In this document: positions 14,916-24,600 of the stretch, one piece after another
Layout: each line of letters begins with the position of its first letter
Position numbering within the stretch: position 1 is the first letter of the stretch
IMG/VR virus record: IMGVR_UViG_3300020045_017667
Span: 1-41,550 of that record
Direction: 5' to 3' (one strand)
Origin: a virus
Lineage: Duplodnaviria > Caudoviricetes
Length of the DNA: 41,550 nt
The notes under the pieces: generated by a model
Database searches by the model: none
What the model was told of the DNA's origin: nothing
The model's input: the letters and a program-made list of their open reading frames with translations, nothing else
Position numbers and translations under genes: made by a program

Positions 14916-14925
14916 ATTCGGTAGT

Positions 14926-15375
14926 TTAAAGGTCAAGTTCTATTAAACGGGCGACTTCTGATATAGAAATCTTACGCCTTAATTTTTTTGTTTCAACTTT
15001 ACCAATCCCGGTACGTTTTTCAATCGAAATCTCGATTAAACCCAGGCTTTGTATGGCGCTAAGCACTTGAAATGATGTTGCCAGGACTATTCCACCTATC
15101 GATCCATAGCTTGGCAGCTTGGGATCCTGCGCTTCCATGAACGCCCACTTCATTACGTCCCTGTTAATACGATCCCTGGTACCTACCGATATATACTCCG
15201 GGATGTTTCCGTGCTCGTCCCTGATGTTGTACGAATTTGGGTACCTGAGCTGTTTGCCGGTCATCTCCATGTACAGGGCGTTCAGGATAAACTCTGCCGG
15301 GACCCGCTCCACTGCCGGGATGTTTTGCTGTTCGAGGATCCTTTTGATCCATTCCTGTTTAACTGCTTGCTTCAT
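14926..15375 (-). CDS. Hypothetical protein, possibly DNA-binding
   Basis: 149-aa ORF in operon; LQSLGLIEI-like winged-helix-type C-terminus. Confidence 0.65.
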   Translation of the reverse strand: MKQAVKQEWIKRILEQQNIPAVERVPAEFILNALYMEMTGKQLRYPNSYNIRDEHGNIPEYISVGTRDRINRDVMKWAFMEAQDPKLPSYGSIGGIVLATSFQVLSAIQSLGLIEISIEKRTGIGKVETKKLRRKISISEVARLIELDL

Positions 15376-15721
15376 TGTAGTAGTTTCCTAAAATTTTCAC
15401 TTTGTTGAGTAAGTCTTTAAAAGCTTTTAGCTGGGCCGGGAATACTTTTCCTTCAATATCATCTAGTCCGTACTCTTCGACAAGTTCGTTCATCCTGTTG
15501 GCCAAGGCATAGAACATGGAGTGGGACAGCATTAAAGCGTATATGTCGCTGTCAAGGGCATCGAAGTCCTTCAGGAATGCGGCCATCTGTTCTCGGGTCA
15601 AAGGAGCGTTGCGGTCGGCTGCTACCGTTTCCTTAAAGAGGTTAATATACTTTTCCTCAATGTTGATCATTGCCTTTCCAACCTTTGTGTTGGATACGTC
15701 AAATGTTACTTTTTCTTTCAT
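15359..15721 (-). CDS. Hypothetical helical protein
   Basis: 120-aa ORF in operon. Confidence 0.7.
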   Translation of the reverse strand: MKEKVTFDVSNTKVGKAMINIEEKYINLFKETVAADRNAPLTREQMAAFLKDFDALDSDIYALMLSHSMFYALANRMNELVEEYGLDDIEGKVFPAQLKAFKDLLNKVKILGNYYNEASS

Positions 15722-15730
15722 CGTGACTAA

Positions 15731-17617
15731 TTAAAATGGTAGTTTGTCGGTAGACTCATCTTCATATACATTGTTGTTAGACATGGCCTCACAATAGCAA
15801 TCATAAACCACGCCCCCTGGCAAAAGTTTAAAGATAACAGGGTTGGCACCTTCTGTAATTCCCCCGCCCGTTTCTAATTCCTTTATCTTCCTGGTATGGA
15901 ACTGCGATTCCATCCACCTGTCCGGATGATTTTTAACCCTATGGTAAGTTAAGAAATCATCGCACCTATTTATCCACATGGATCCATTTTCAGTGTCTTC
16001 TGCGCTTGGAGGTAGAGAGAACCCCTGCTTATCAATACGCCTGGAAGCTTCAGAGAATGGGTGCATTGCTACAAATAAACTTGCCCCTGTTCTCTTTGTG
16101 AATACCCTAAATGCCCCGGCAATTTCCATGTGTACGTTATAGGAGGTCTTCCCTCTTATGATTTCTGGCAATAATAATCCGTTGTACGGATCGATGAATC
16201 CATAATTGATGGGTTTTTCTTTATGGATCCCTTCAAACAGTGTAAGTAGATCATATGCAGTGTAAAGCTTATCGTTGTCAATGAAGACAAAGTGGTCATC
16301 TACTATTTTTTTAGCCAAAGCGTATTCCTCATCAGTAAACCTAGCCAGCCTTTTTCGACTATAAAACTCCATGATCTTTATCTTCAAGAATGAAGTCCTG
16401 TTTTCTCCGGAGTAAATAGCGAATCGCCATTTGTACTTAAGAGCTGCCGCCAGGAATATGTACAGAGTAAGTACAGTCTTACCGGAACCAGAGTGTCCGT
16501 TTACGATGATAAAACTACCTGGCTTATGCAGCCAATATGGATCCAACGACTCAAAACCAGTAGATATACCTCCTTCTATTTCCCCTCTTCTACGTTTTTG
16601 GATTTCAACCTCATCCTTGTCACTGTTAGCTAACGAATTACCTAACGTTTTCTCCTCCTGATCTCCGTATGCCACATATTCCCTTGGCTTAACTCCTTTT
16701 TCACCAAATCCAGCATCTATCAACGATTTTGCTGCGGCACTGTAATCATCGTTGTGATTTAGCTTAGCGTAAACGCCTACCGGAGAATACCCCTTGTTTT
16801 GGTCGAACTCACTGGAGGAGGAGAATACGTATAAGACACGCCGGCCAGTATGGAAAGTAGCTCCATGTCTATTAGCTGATCCAGGTCGCTTGAGCATGAT
16901 ATTCTCGCCAACATGGCCTGCTTCACTCCATCCTCTTGAAAAGAGTACTTCCAGTACGTCTCCCCGTTCATTGTAATCATCGAAAGGCGATTTTCCCCCT
17001 GTCCACTCTGATTTTCTGTCACGCTCTACTTTTTTTTGTCCTGGGTCTGCAATAGGGATGCTGTCAAATGCTTTTGCTGCGTCCAGCAATACTTTTCTTT
17101 CCTTTACGGTCAGTATGGGTATCCGGTTGAATTTACCCTGGATCAACGAGTATCCTGGTGATGGGTATATGGCTATATATCCGCCTTGCCCCCTTGTTTC
17201 GATAAGTACCCTTAGCTTGTCCATCGGGTCTTCTGATAGCTCGGAAGGAGTAGCCATACGCCTTGCCAGCTTCTTGTTTCCTTCGATTTCCTCGCACCTG
17301 TAGATGAAATGGTACCCGTTGTTCATTGTTTTCTGGACAACGCTTTTCTTTAGCAGCTTGCTATCGAAGACCTCGACCATATCACAATACTCATCAAAGA
17401 GCTTCCCTGTAGGGTCGTATTTTAGGTCAAAATCTATTACTTCTATCCCATCGCCACATGCCATCCCGATGAAGTCGCCAGGCATACCTTGCAAGTCTTC
17501 GGCGGTAGGAACGATGTCCTTCCACTTCCACCCCCGTACAGGCGATTTATCCGGCTGTAGCGGGATAAGGTGAAGCCCTGCGTTCACGTAGGACTCAATA
17601 ACTTGTGGGTCTATCAT
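15731..17617 (-). CDS. Bifunctional Prim-Pol primase fused to DnaB/Twinkle-like SF4 helicase
   Basis: LIPL..K.P...W, VIDFD.K, QKT.NNGYH, IETRGQGGY..IYPS; ISTGF.SLD, Walker A GHSGSGKT, FIDPYN, HP. Confidence 0.9.
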   Translation of the reverse strand: MIDPQVIESYVNAGLHLIPLQPDKSPVRGWKWKDIVPTAEDLQGMPGDFIGMACGDGIEVIDFDLKYDPTGKLFDEYCDMVEVFDSKLLKKSVVQKTMNNGYHFIYRCEEIEGNKKLARRMATPSELSEDPMDKLRVLIETRGQGGYIAIYPSPGYSLIQGKFNRIPILTVKERKVLLDAAKAFDSIPIADPGQKKVERDRKSEWTGGKSPFDDYNERGDVLEVLFSRGWSEAGHVGENIMLKRPGSANRHGATFHTGRRVLYVFSSSSEFDQNKGYSPVGVYAKLNHNDDYSAAAKSLIDAGFGEKGVKPREYVAYGDQEEKTLGNSLANSDKDEVEIQKRRRGEIEGGISTGFESLDPYWLHKPGSFIIVNGHSGSGKTVLTLYIFLAAALKYKWRFAIYSGENRTSFLKIKIMEFYSRKRLARFTDEEYALAKKIVDDHFVFIDNDKLYTAYDLLTLFEGIHKEKPINYGFIDPYNGLLLPEIIRGKTSYNVHMEIAGAFRVFTKRTGASLFVAMHPFSEASRRIDKQGFSLPPSAEDTENGSMWINRCDDFLTYHRVKNHPDRWMESQFHTRKIKELETGGGITEGANPVIFKLLPGGVVYDCYCEAMSNNNVYEDESTDKLPF

Positions 17618-17913
17618 TTATAGTATCCTTGTTGAGGCACTTTATTTTCTCTCATTCGCATCAGGGTGTTGCGGGCTAACCCTTCCTTTACCCAGTTGAA
17701 CACGGTCGATATGGTTATCGGTCCCTGATGAAACGCTAAACTTCTTTCGATTATACATTTTATCTCGTCCACTTCGATTGTCCCGAACTGTTTTGGGAAT
17801 ACTTCCATGAACCACTTTTCTGCCTTGGCAAAGTTTTCGGCCTGGTCTGGCCTTATTTCGCGTATCAGGTTAAGGATATGCTTTACATCTTTGGGAGATT
17901 CACTGATTGTCAT
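17614..17913 (-). CDS. Hypothetical replication-associated protein
   Basis: Lies between initiator-like gene and helicase, translationally coupled. Confidence 0.6.
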   Translation of the reverse strand: MTISESPKDVKHILNLIREIRPDQAENFAKAEKWFMEVFPKQFGTIEVDEIKCIIERSLAFHQGPITISTVFNWVKEGLARNTLMRMRENKVPQQGYYK

Positions 17914-18166
17914 TGTAGACTCTTTTTGATATTAGCTGGACGTTTTCAACTGGGGAGTATTTTGGCATGTTCCGGATCCATGTATTGATGTTCAATTTCC
18001 AGTTCTTTAACGGGATCCTTTTTTTGCCCTTCTTCATTGTCCAATCGTTGTGAGTGCTGTAATAGTAATACCGATTGGACATGGATAAAGCAATAGTTTC
18101 ATCCTTTAGCTTATCGACAAAATACCGGTAAACCTCGTCTTGGGTAGGAGCAACGAACTCAGCCAT
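17900..18166 (-). CDS. Phage replication-initiator C-terminal-like small protein (start revised)
   Basis: FVAPT.DEV..YF...YYYY...W...KNWK....TW pattern. Confidence 0.6.
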   Translation of the reverse strand: MAEFVAPTQDEVYRYFVDKLKDETIALSMSNRYYYYSTHNDWTMKKGKKRIPLKNWKLNINTWIRNMPKYSPVENVQLISKRVYNDNQ

Positions 18167-18443
18167 TTTTCTGGAGTTGTGTAGAAATGAACTGGTCAAA
18201 CTTTTCATCTCTGACTACGAACTTCGGGCCTACCTTGTCGGTAGAGAACGGGTATGCCGATGTGAGCTTGCTTTCCCTGATCTTTGTCTCTACCGAGTAA
18301 ATGGTCAACCCGGTTACGAACGCGACCTGCTGTGAGGTCATCACGTTGTATTTGAAGCAATCCTTTATGACCGATTTTGGCTGCTTTGTGATGTCTGATA
18401 ATGCGGCTACGATCATACCGCTTATTTTTTGTTCCTGGATCAT
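18159..18443 (-). CDS. HTH/excisionase-like DNA-binding protein
   Basis: MTSQQVAFVTGLTIYSVETKIRESKL helix-turn-helix pattern. Confidence 0.6.
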   Translation of the reverse strand: MIQEQKISGMIVAALSDITKQPKSVIKDCFKYNVMTSQQVAFVTGLTIYSVETKIRESKLTSAYPFSTDKVGPKFVVRDEKFDQFISTQLQKNG

Positions 18444-19159
18444 TTCAGTATGGCTATTGCTGTGGCTACGATAGACGCTCCTAAAAGAATTCTCTTTTCG
18501 ATCTTGTCTATTTTAGCCTTGCGTTCTGTTTTTAGTAAGGCCTTAGCTTGTAGTTCGACCTGGGTTTTTAGCTCTTCGGCCTGCCTATCTTTGATGATGC
18601 CCATTTCGTTTAGCTTCATTATCATCTGCTGCCGGTTGTCTACCTGTAGTTGTAAGTCATTATTTACACCGGTCAGCACAACTTCAGATATACGGTAGTT
18701 TTCATTTTCGGCATATTGGGTATCCAGGTCAGAGAATAGAGCGTCCGCGATCTTTATGTTTGTTTGTGGAACAAGAAACGTGCTGTCGGTCATATCGGGG
18801 GCACCGGTCCTGTTGTAGAAATATTGCAATGCCTGCGAGGCGGTAAAGTTAGATATGCGCTCGTTTTCTTTTTTGTTAAAGGCTATAATGTTGTCGCGTT
18901 CACGTATCTTCTTTTTGTATTCAAGCGCCAGTTTTTCAGTGCTGGCAACCAGGGACGTAAACTGGGTATGGTACAGCGATGTGTCGGTTTTCAATTTTTC
19001 GATCAGGATTTCGTTCACCATGTTTTTACCCTGGGATAAAAGTATCTGGTCTTTCAGGTCCTGTTTTTGGTTGTAGTTGACCAGGTTGTATATACCTGAT
19101 GCGATGAAGGCGGCTGCGATAACAGCGATGATGATGATAAATATTGTTTTTGGTTTCAT
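18440..19159 (-). CDS. Membrane-anchored coiled-coil protein, spanin candidate (start revised)
   Basis: N-terminal TM IFIIIIAVIAAAFIA, long coiled coil, C-terminal TM ILLGASIVATAIAIL. Confidence 0.55.
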   Translation of the reverse strand: MKPKTIFIIIIAVIAAAFIASGIYNLVNYNQKQDLKDQILLSQGKNMVNEILIEKLKTDTSLYHTQFTSLVASTEKLALEYKKKIRERDNIIAFNKKENERISNFTASQALQYFYNRTGAPDMTDSTFLVPQTNIKIADALFSDLDTQYAENENYRISEVVLTGVNNDLQLQVDNRQQMIMKLNEMGIIKDRQAEELKTQVELQAKALLKTERKAKIDKIEKRILLGASIVATAIAILK

Positions 19160-19160
19160 G

Positions 19161-19511
19161 TTACTTTGTTTTTGTTGGTATGATGAATTTTCCTTTTTCA
19201 ACTCTTTTCTGCGCGAACTTGATGTTGAGCGCTTCGACATACAGTAACCCAGGTTTGAAAACTATCTTCTTTACGAAAATGCGCTCGCCCTTTGGCCCTG
19301 TGGAAGGTATCTGCTCGGGCGTTACAAGCAGGAGTATTTGAGTCCTGAAGTCGTACGAGTAGATATTGTTACTACGGTATGGGGTATAGTGGCCAAGGTT
19401 GCGTGTGGTAGATTCGAAATCGAGCAATGGGTCCACAACGTTTAATTTCTCCATTAGCTTGGTCTGTTCCGGGACGTACATCGACCGGATGAAGTTCATT
19501 ATCCCTGACAT
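19161..19511 (-). CDS. Hypothetical phage protein
   Basis: 116 aa, LYVEALN.K.A.K motif. Confidence 0.7.
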   Translation of the reverse strand: MSGIMNFIRSMYVPEQTKLMEKLNVVDPLLDFESTTRNLGHYTPYRSNNIYSYDFRTQILLLVTPEQIPSTGPKGERIFVKKIVFKPGLLYVEALNIKFAQKRVEKGKFIIPTKTK

Positions 19512-19915
19512 AACGATCCTCCTATGTTTAGGGCGGCAAGCTCATCCAACACGCCAACAGGTAACGATGTTTGGCCGACCAGGTTTTTCTCCATCTGGAA
19601 TTTGAGGGCATACTGCAATTCATGGATTTTCATGGCCCGGTCCTGCAATGAATTGAGATAGCCCTGAACCATGGAAAGGTTGTCGGAGATAAAATACCCA
19701 TGACTGTTAGCTATCAGGTTTTCAACTTTCGAATGCACCCTGATTTCATGGATGAGCGTCCTTGTTACACATGGCCGCAAACTGATGCCCGTGTGGTACA
19801 GCACCCACGACCGGATATTGTTGTTCGATACCGGGTTGTTGATGTTCCTCTTAAAAAGGTCAACAATTACTGGTACGACAAGATCTTTCGACTCCTGCGA
19901 AATGTTTCTGTTCAT
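19499..19915 (-). CDS. Winged-helix-type DNA-binding protein
   Basis: R.LIHEIR....LIANSHGYFI......YL.SL..R pattern; first gene after a promoter box. Confidence 0.6.
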   Translation of the reverse strand: MNRNISQESKDLVVPVIVDLFKRNINNPVSNNNIRSWVLYHTGISLRPCVTRTLIHEIRVHSKVENLIANSHGYFISDNLSMVQGYLNSLQDRAMKIHELQYALKFQMEKNLVGQTSLPVGVLDELAALNIGGSLCQG

Positions 19916-19962
19916 ATTGACAGTGATTAAGAATTAGGTTTTTGTGGTGTTGAATGAGGCTA

Positions 19963-19970
19963 CAAATTTA
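19963..19970 (-). promoter_or_regulatory. Bacteroidota -7 box for the replication/recombination operon
   Basis: TAAATTTG(TA) in an AT-rich intergenic gap. Confidence 0.6.
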
Positions 19971-20049
19971 CGACAAAAATCTCGTATTGGTGCTCTAATA
20001 TCAAAATATTATTAAATTTATTACAAAATATTTCTATAAGATCTTGTAA

Positions 20050-20589
20050 TCAATACTTTACCTCGGTAAAATTAGTAATCCTGAAGTAGTTAGATGGCAG
20101 TATTGAACGTCTTCTTTCGTAAATCCCTCCTCCATTCCACTGTGATCCGGTGTTCCCGTTGGAGGTATTACCCTCAATTGTTATCCCTGAGGCCTTGTTC
20201 CATGATTTAACAAAACCGGTATGCCCAAAAATAGTGTCCCCTTTTCTGAATATTACGATTGATCCCACAGGTACTTTTTTACCGGTGAGCACATCCGAAG
20301 CTTTTATAGAGGTAGATTTTTTATATCCTATAGCCATGCCTGATGGTTTTGGGAATATGGCGCCAGCCGAATCTATGCACATACCTACAAAATAAGCGCA
20401 ATAGGAGGACCCCTTCGATCCTCCCTGGCGCTTTATGATCCATTCTACTATTGGGCCATCATTATTCCCGGTAGCCTCTTTTACTCCTTTGAACGAGTAG
20501 GCTATTTGTAGGTGACGTGGCAACTGGGCATTAAGTGGCTGAAAAGGCCATGCCAATAACAAAAGCAAAGGCAAAAAATATAATCGCAT
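20050..20589 (-). CDS. CHAP-domain endolysin with signal peptide
   Basis: GVKE.TGNNDG, YCAYFV, GHTGFV, TIEGNT; N-terminus MRLYFLPLLLLLAWPFQPLNA|Q. Confidence 0.85.
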   Translation of the reverse strand: MRLYFLPLLLLLAWPFQPLNAQLPRHLQIAYSFKGVKEATGNNDGPIVEWIIKRQGGSKGSSYCAYFVGMCIDSAGAIFPKPSGMAIGYKKSTSIKASDVLTGKKVPVGSIVIFRKGDTIFGHTGFVKSWNKASGITIEGNTSNGNTGSQWNGGGIYERRRSILPSNYFRITNFTEVKY

Positions 20590-20836
20590 ATCCGAGGCTG
20601 TTTTCTTTCATTTTTTCGTACGTGTTTATCCTTCCCAGGATTACTTCGTCCACGAATGATAGGGTTGCTACTGCCAGTGCGGCCTTAGCTAACCCTGCCG
20701 GCAGAGATGAATATTCCGGATAATAGACGACTGCTCGCTGCAACATCTCCAGGAATATAAGGATTACCCCGGCAAGTGCCACGTATGGGGCGAACCTTTC
20801 CGTTATGGGGTTGATCAAAAATCGATTTAGTTTCAT
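20531..20836 (-). CDS. Holin candidate (3 TM)
   Basis: Three hydrophobic segments in 101 aa; overlaps endolysin start. Confidence 0.6.
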   Translation of the reverse strand: MKLNRFLINPITERFAPYVALAGVILIFLEMLQRAVVYYPEYSSLPAGLAKAALAVATLSFVDEVILGRINTYEKMKENSLGYAIIFFAFAFVIGMAFSAT

Positions 20837-21231
20837 GATGGATTGTATTTAAGGATGAATTCGAATACGGCTACTACCGCCGCTACCGCCCCTACAAATC
20901 CGGCGGCCAGCGCGATCACCGTTGTTTTCCATTTGCTCACGCCCAGGTTTTGTTGATGATCATCATACAAGCCTTGTATAATGTCCTTCTGTGGGCAATC
21001 TGAGCTGGTGTGCGGTGGTTTTGATTTCAGTTGGAATATTTCTTCGGTGTGCCGCAACACTGATCCGTTTGTCTTATCCACCTTCTTTCCTATTTCAATG
21101 GTCTTTTCTTCTATCCTGGTTAGCTGACCCATTATTAATTCACGCTCCAATGTCTCGACGATTTTGAAGTTACTCATAGCTGATTCGAATACCGCTGTCA
21201 TTTCAACTTTATCCGCTCTTGTCATGGCCAT
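20833..21231 (-). CDS. Coiled-coil protein with C-terminal TM (XhlA-like lysis accessory)
   Basis: LTRIEEK...KTNGSV, C-terminal VIALAAGFVGAVAAVVAVF. Confidence 0.55.
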   Translation of the reverse strand: MAMTRADKVEMTAVFESAMSNFKIVETLERELIMGQLTRIEEKTIEIGKKVDKTNGSVLRHTEEIFQLKSKPPHTSSDCPQKDIIQGLYDDHQQNLGVSKWKTTVIALAAGFVGAVAAVVAVFEFILKYNPS

Positions 21232-21271
21232 ATAATGTAGATTATAGTAGTTGTAGTAGTTTTTAGTTGAG

Positions 21272-21279
21272 CAAATTTA
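21272..21279 (-). promoter_or_regulatory. Bacteroidota -7 box upstream of lysis cassette
   Basis: TAAATTTG(C) in intergenic gap. Confidence 0.55.
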
Positions 21280-21290
21280 GTAAAATAAAC

Positions 21291-21680
21291 TCATATAATT
21301 TTATGCTCAATTTTATGGCAATCCCTACATAGAGTAGTTAACTCATGTAGATTTTTGTGTTCAGCAAAATGGTGTAAATACGTTTTATGGTGTACTTGTA
21401 AGTGTTCAGAGCTACCACATTTAGTACAAGCTCCATTATCCCTTATAAGTACTTTATTCTTAACGTACATCCAGTATTTTGTTTTCAAAAATTCCGCATA
21501 TGGGACCTGTTCTATCACGGGCATCTTTGCGGGTTTTAACTTAAATTTTATTTTCTTAGGCTTCTTTAATCCTTTTTTATATTTAGCTGGGTTCGATAGG
21601 GCGTCCCTTTCCCGGATAGAGTATCCGGGATCAGAACGTTTTTGCTTATCAAGCATCATTAATTTATTGAAATCTTGCAT
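21291..21680 (-). CDS. HNH endonuclease
   Basis: RD..ACTKCG...LQVHH.TY....E....L.TLCRDCH...H. Confidence 0.88.
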   Translation of the reverse strand: MQDFNKLMMLDKQKRSDPGYSIRERDALSNPAKYKKGLKKPKKIKFKLKPAKMPVIEQVPYAEFLKTKYWMYVKNKVLIRDNGACTKCGSSEHLQVHHKTYLHHFAEHKNLHELTTLCRDCHKIEHKII

Positions 21681-21682
21681 AG

Positions 21683-24600
21683 TTACTTTTTTACACCCAA
21701 ACTTCGTTCCTGTTTAACGCCTATCGACCCTGACGATTTTACCCCGATATTCTGCTCAGACCGGATCCCTATACCCGATCCTGTGCTGACGCTTTCAGGA
21801 AGACCCAGTAATGTAGCTATCTTGTTATGGGAGTTTATCTGGTTGATGACATCGCCTACGTTTTTGAGCGGGACCGTCTTTATGTTTTCCTTTATTTTAG
21901 CTTTAGCCGATGCTATGAACGCATTTTGCCTGGCAAGGATTACGTTTACTTTACGGGCGTACTGCTCTTTGGTCATGGCATCGCCTTTAGTCCTGCCCTC
22001 GAATACGTTTTTGGCGTATGTCAGCGCATTGAGGGTTTCTTCTATACCCTTAGCTTCTTTAATGATAGCTTTTTCGACCACGGATTGATACTTGGCGTCA
22101 TCGAATACCTGGGCGTTGTATCCCAAATACCTAACCAATGCCATCGCGTAGCTCTTTTGCCTGCCGTATTTATCAGTACCTGTTCCGGTTTTGGGATCCA
22201 TTGTTTGATAGATATTAGCCATGTCATCCAGCAACTGTCCGTATCCTGGCACCCATCCCCTCATAGCGAACCTGGCATAGTTTTCCAACTTCTGGGATTC
22301 GGTCAGGTTACTAACAGGGCGGAACTCGGTCACGGACGGATCGGACACAGATTTACCCAACCAGTCGGTATCAAACGCAATTCCCATGACAGGAGCTGTA
22401 AGTATGTCGGACGATATCAGCTTATAGAACGCCAACTTAACCGTGTTTGGATTGTCCTCGGTAGCGAAGTTATATGGAGACAACCTCATGAACGCCCCCA
22501 TGTAGTCGTTTTTATCCGACATGTCCATTCCATATATGGGCGAAAGGAACCGGGCTAAATTCACGGCATTTTTACCCAACTTGAATTCAAGCGGGATAGC
22601 CCCGCCCAGCGCTTTGAACATAGGTATCTTAGGAACACCGGTACGGCTCGTACGGATACGCATCTCCTCTTCTGTTTCCTGGCCTATGTATTGACTGGTC
22701 AAATTACCCAACATCTTCATGGTGCCAAAGAATATAGCCAGGTTTAAAGGATTTTTCATCGTTGCGCTCTTCATGATACGCAGCAAGTCTCCGGAGAATT
22801 TAGCGAATGGAGGCCCCACAACCGGTGTTTTGGAAGCAAAATCATATATCCTTCCAATCCTCCTGAAATTCTGGAACCCGTCAGCTACCTTGGCGGCGGC
22901 TTTATCTGGGGGAATACCGATATCCACAAGCGACTTGAATGCTGCAATCTTTGACCACTGGTCTACGTTTTGATAGAACTTAGTCCATGCGCCATCGGCG
23001 TTTTTAAGCCTGCCGGCCAATGTTAACGGATCTGTTTTTCCATAAATGTCGTTCTCGATGACGATGGAAGCCTTTTTTAGGTCATCCAACGTACTTCCTG
23101 GGTTAAGGATACCTTTCTTAAGCAGGAACCGATAAATGTCGCCATAGCTTTGCTCTTGCTCTATAGCGTACTTCATATTGCCAGCTAACCGCATTGGGTT
23201 TATGCCGATAAGCGATGCGAACACAAAGTTTCCGGTAATATTACCAAGGTTTACGTCAGGCCTGTATACAGTAACTCCCTTTTTGAGCCACAATCTTGGG
23301 GCGAATGAAGAGTATCCCTTGAACCCTTTGTATATCGCGTTGAAATATTCGTTCGCAAACTTTATGCCCTTGAACGATTCAGCTACATCTAACCTAAGAT
23401 ATTTACCGGACAGCGGACCATACCCTTTGCCCATCAGCGTGAATCCGGCCTTTTCGGTCTTAGATATGTGCTCGGGCGATTCTTTGACGATCCATGAAGC
23501 GTAATTGTGGATGGCCTCGTTGGATAAAGCCTGCCCAAACCTCTTAGATACGGCATAAATAGGATCCTGCAACTTGTGCTGCATCTTCCAGTCGTCTAGC
23601 ACGCCCCTTTGTTTGAACCCGCCCAACTCCATTTTGGTTGACAGAGCTTCTATCTCGGAGGATATTTCTTCCGGGACTTCGTATTTGTCGTAGAACCTGG
23701 CGGAATATTTGCCTTTATACTTGTCGTATGTGATGTCGTCCAGCTTAAGGACGTAGTTCATATCGTGTACAAGGTCGAACAGTTTCCTGGTCATGTTATA
23801 TACGGCCAGCTCGTTTGGCAATAAATCAGCCGTAGTTAGATCATGGTGCCCGAATTTCAGATACCCGGCAGTTTTGTTGTCCTGCATATCCTTGAAGTCG
23901 GAAGCTATTTTTGCCGGGGTCAATGCGCTAAAATCAACAGGATCCAGCGAAGCTTTCAGGTAGTCGGTATATTCAGATAGCCCATCTCGGTCCCATCCTG
24001 CGGACTCTTTCAGCGATTCGTACATAGCGTCAATCTCTGCCGGGTCTTTATCTTCAAATTCTTTTTCGGACAGGTTATCTTTTAGATATTGTTCGTATTC
24101 TGACCTTGTTTTTTTGTTGAAAAACTCGGGGTCTAATACCCTGTCGATCCTGGACAATGATTCCCTGTTTCCTAATAAGGATTCATACAGGTTTCCAGCT
24201 ATTCTCCTCACTGTTTCCTTGGCGGTGTCGATTGAGCCCCCCATTAGCTCGCCTTGTCCGACCTCTTTTACGGTCTTGGCCACATTTGCCATTAACCCAT
24301 CAACAAATCTTGCAGATCCCCTAAGTACGGCATACTTACCGCCCATCATCTTACCTACTGCGCCGGCAACTTTATCACCGTTAGATTGCACAAAGTCGGT
24401 CCATCCAACGTTCTGCATCCTGGATAGTCCACCAAGGTTATACCCGGTAGTCTTTTTTACGGCACGGGAGAATGCGCCTGGTTTTGCTTTTATATCTTTC
24501 GATTCTGGTGTTTCTGAGCCAAAAAACTCTTTGTTCAAATCCTGTACCCGCTGGTTGATAGTTGCCCTGACGGCGGACACTTTTGATTCTGTACGTTTAC

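Noticed and set aside
21291-21680. HNH as part of a self-splicing intron
   Set aside because: Free-standing between two complete genes; no interrupted reading frame is evident.
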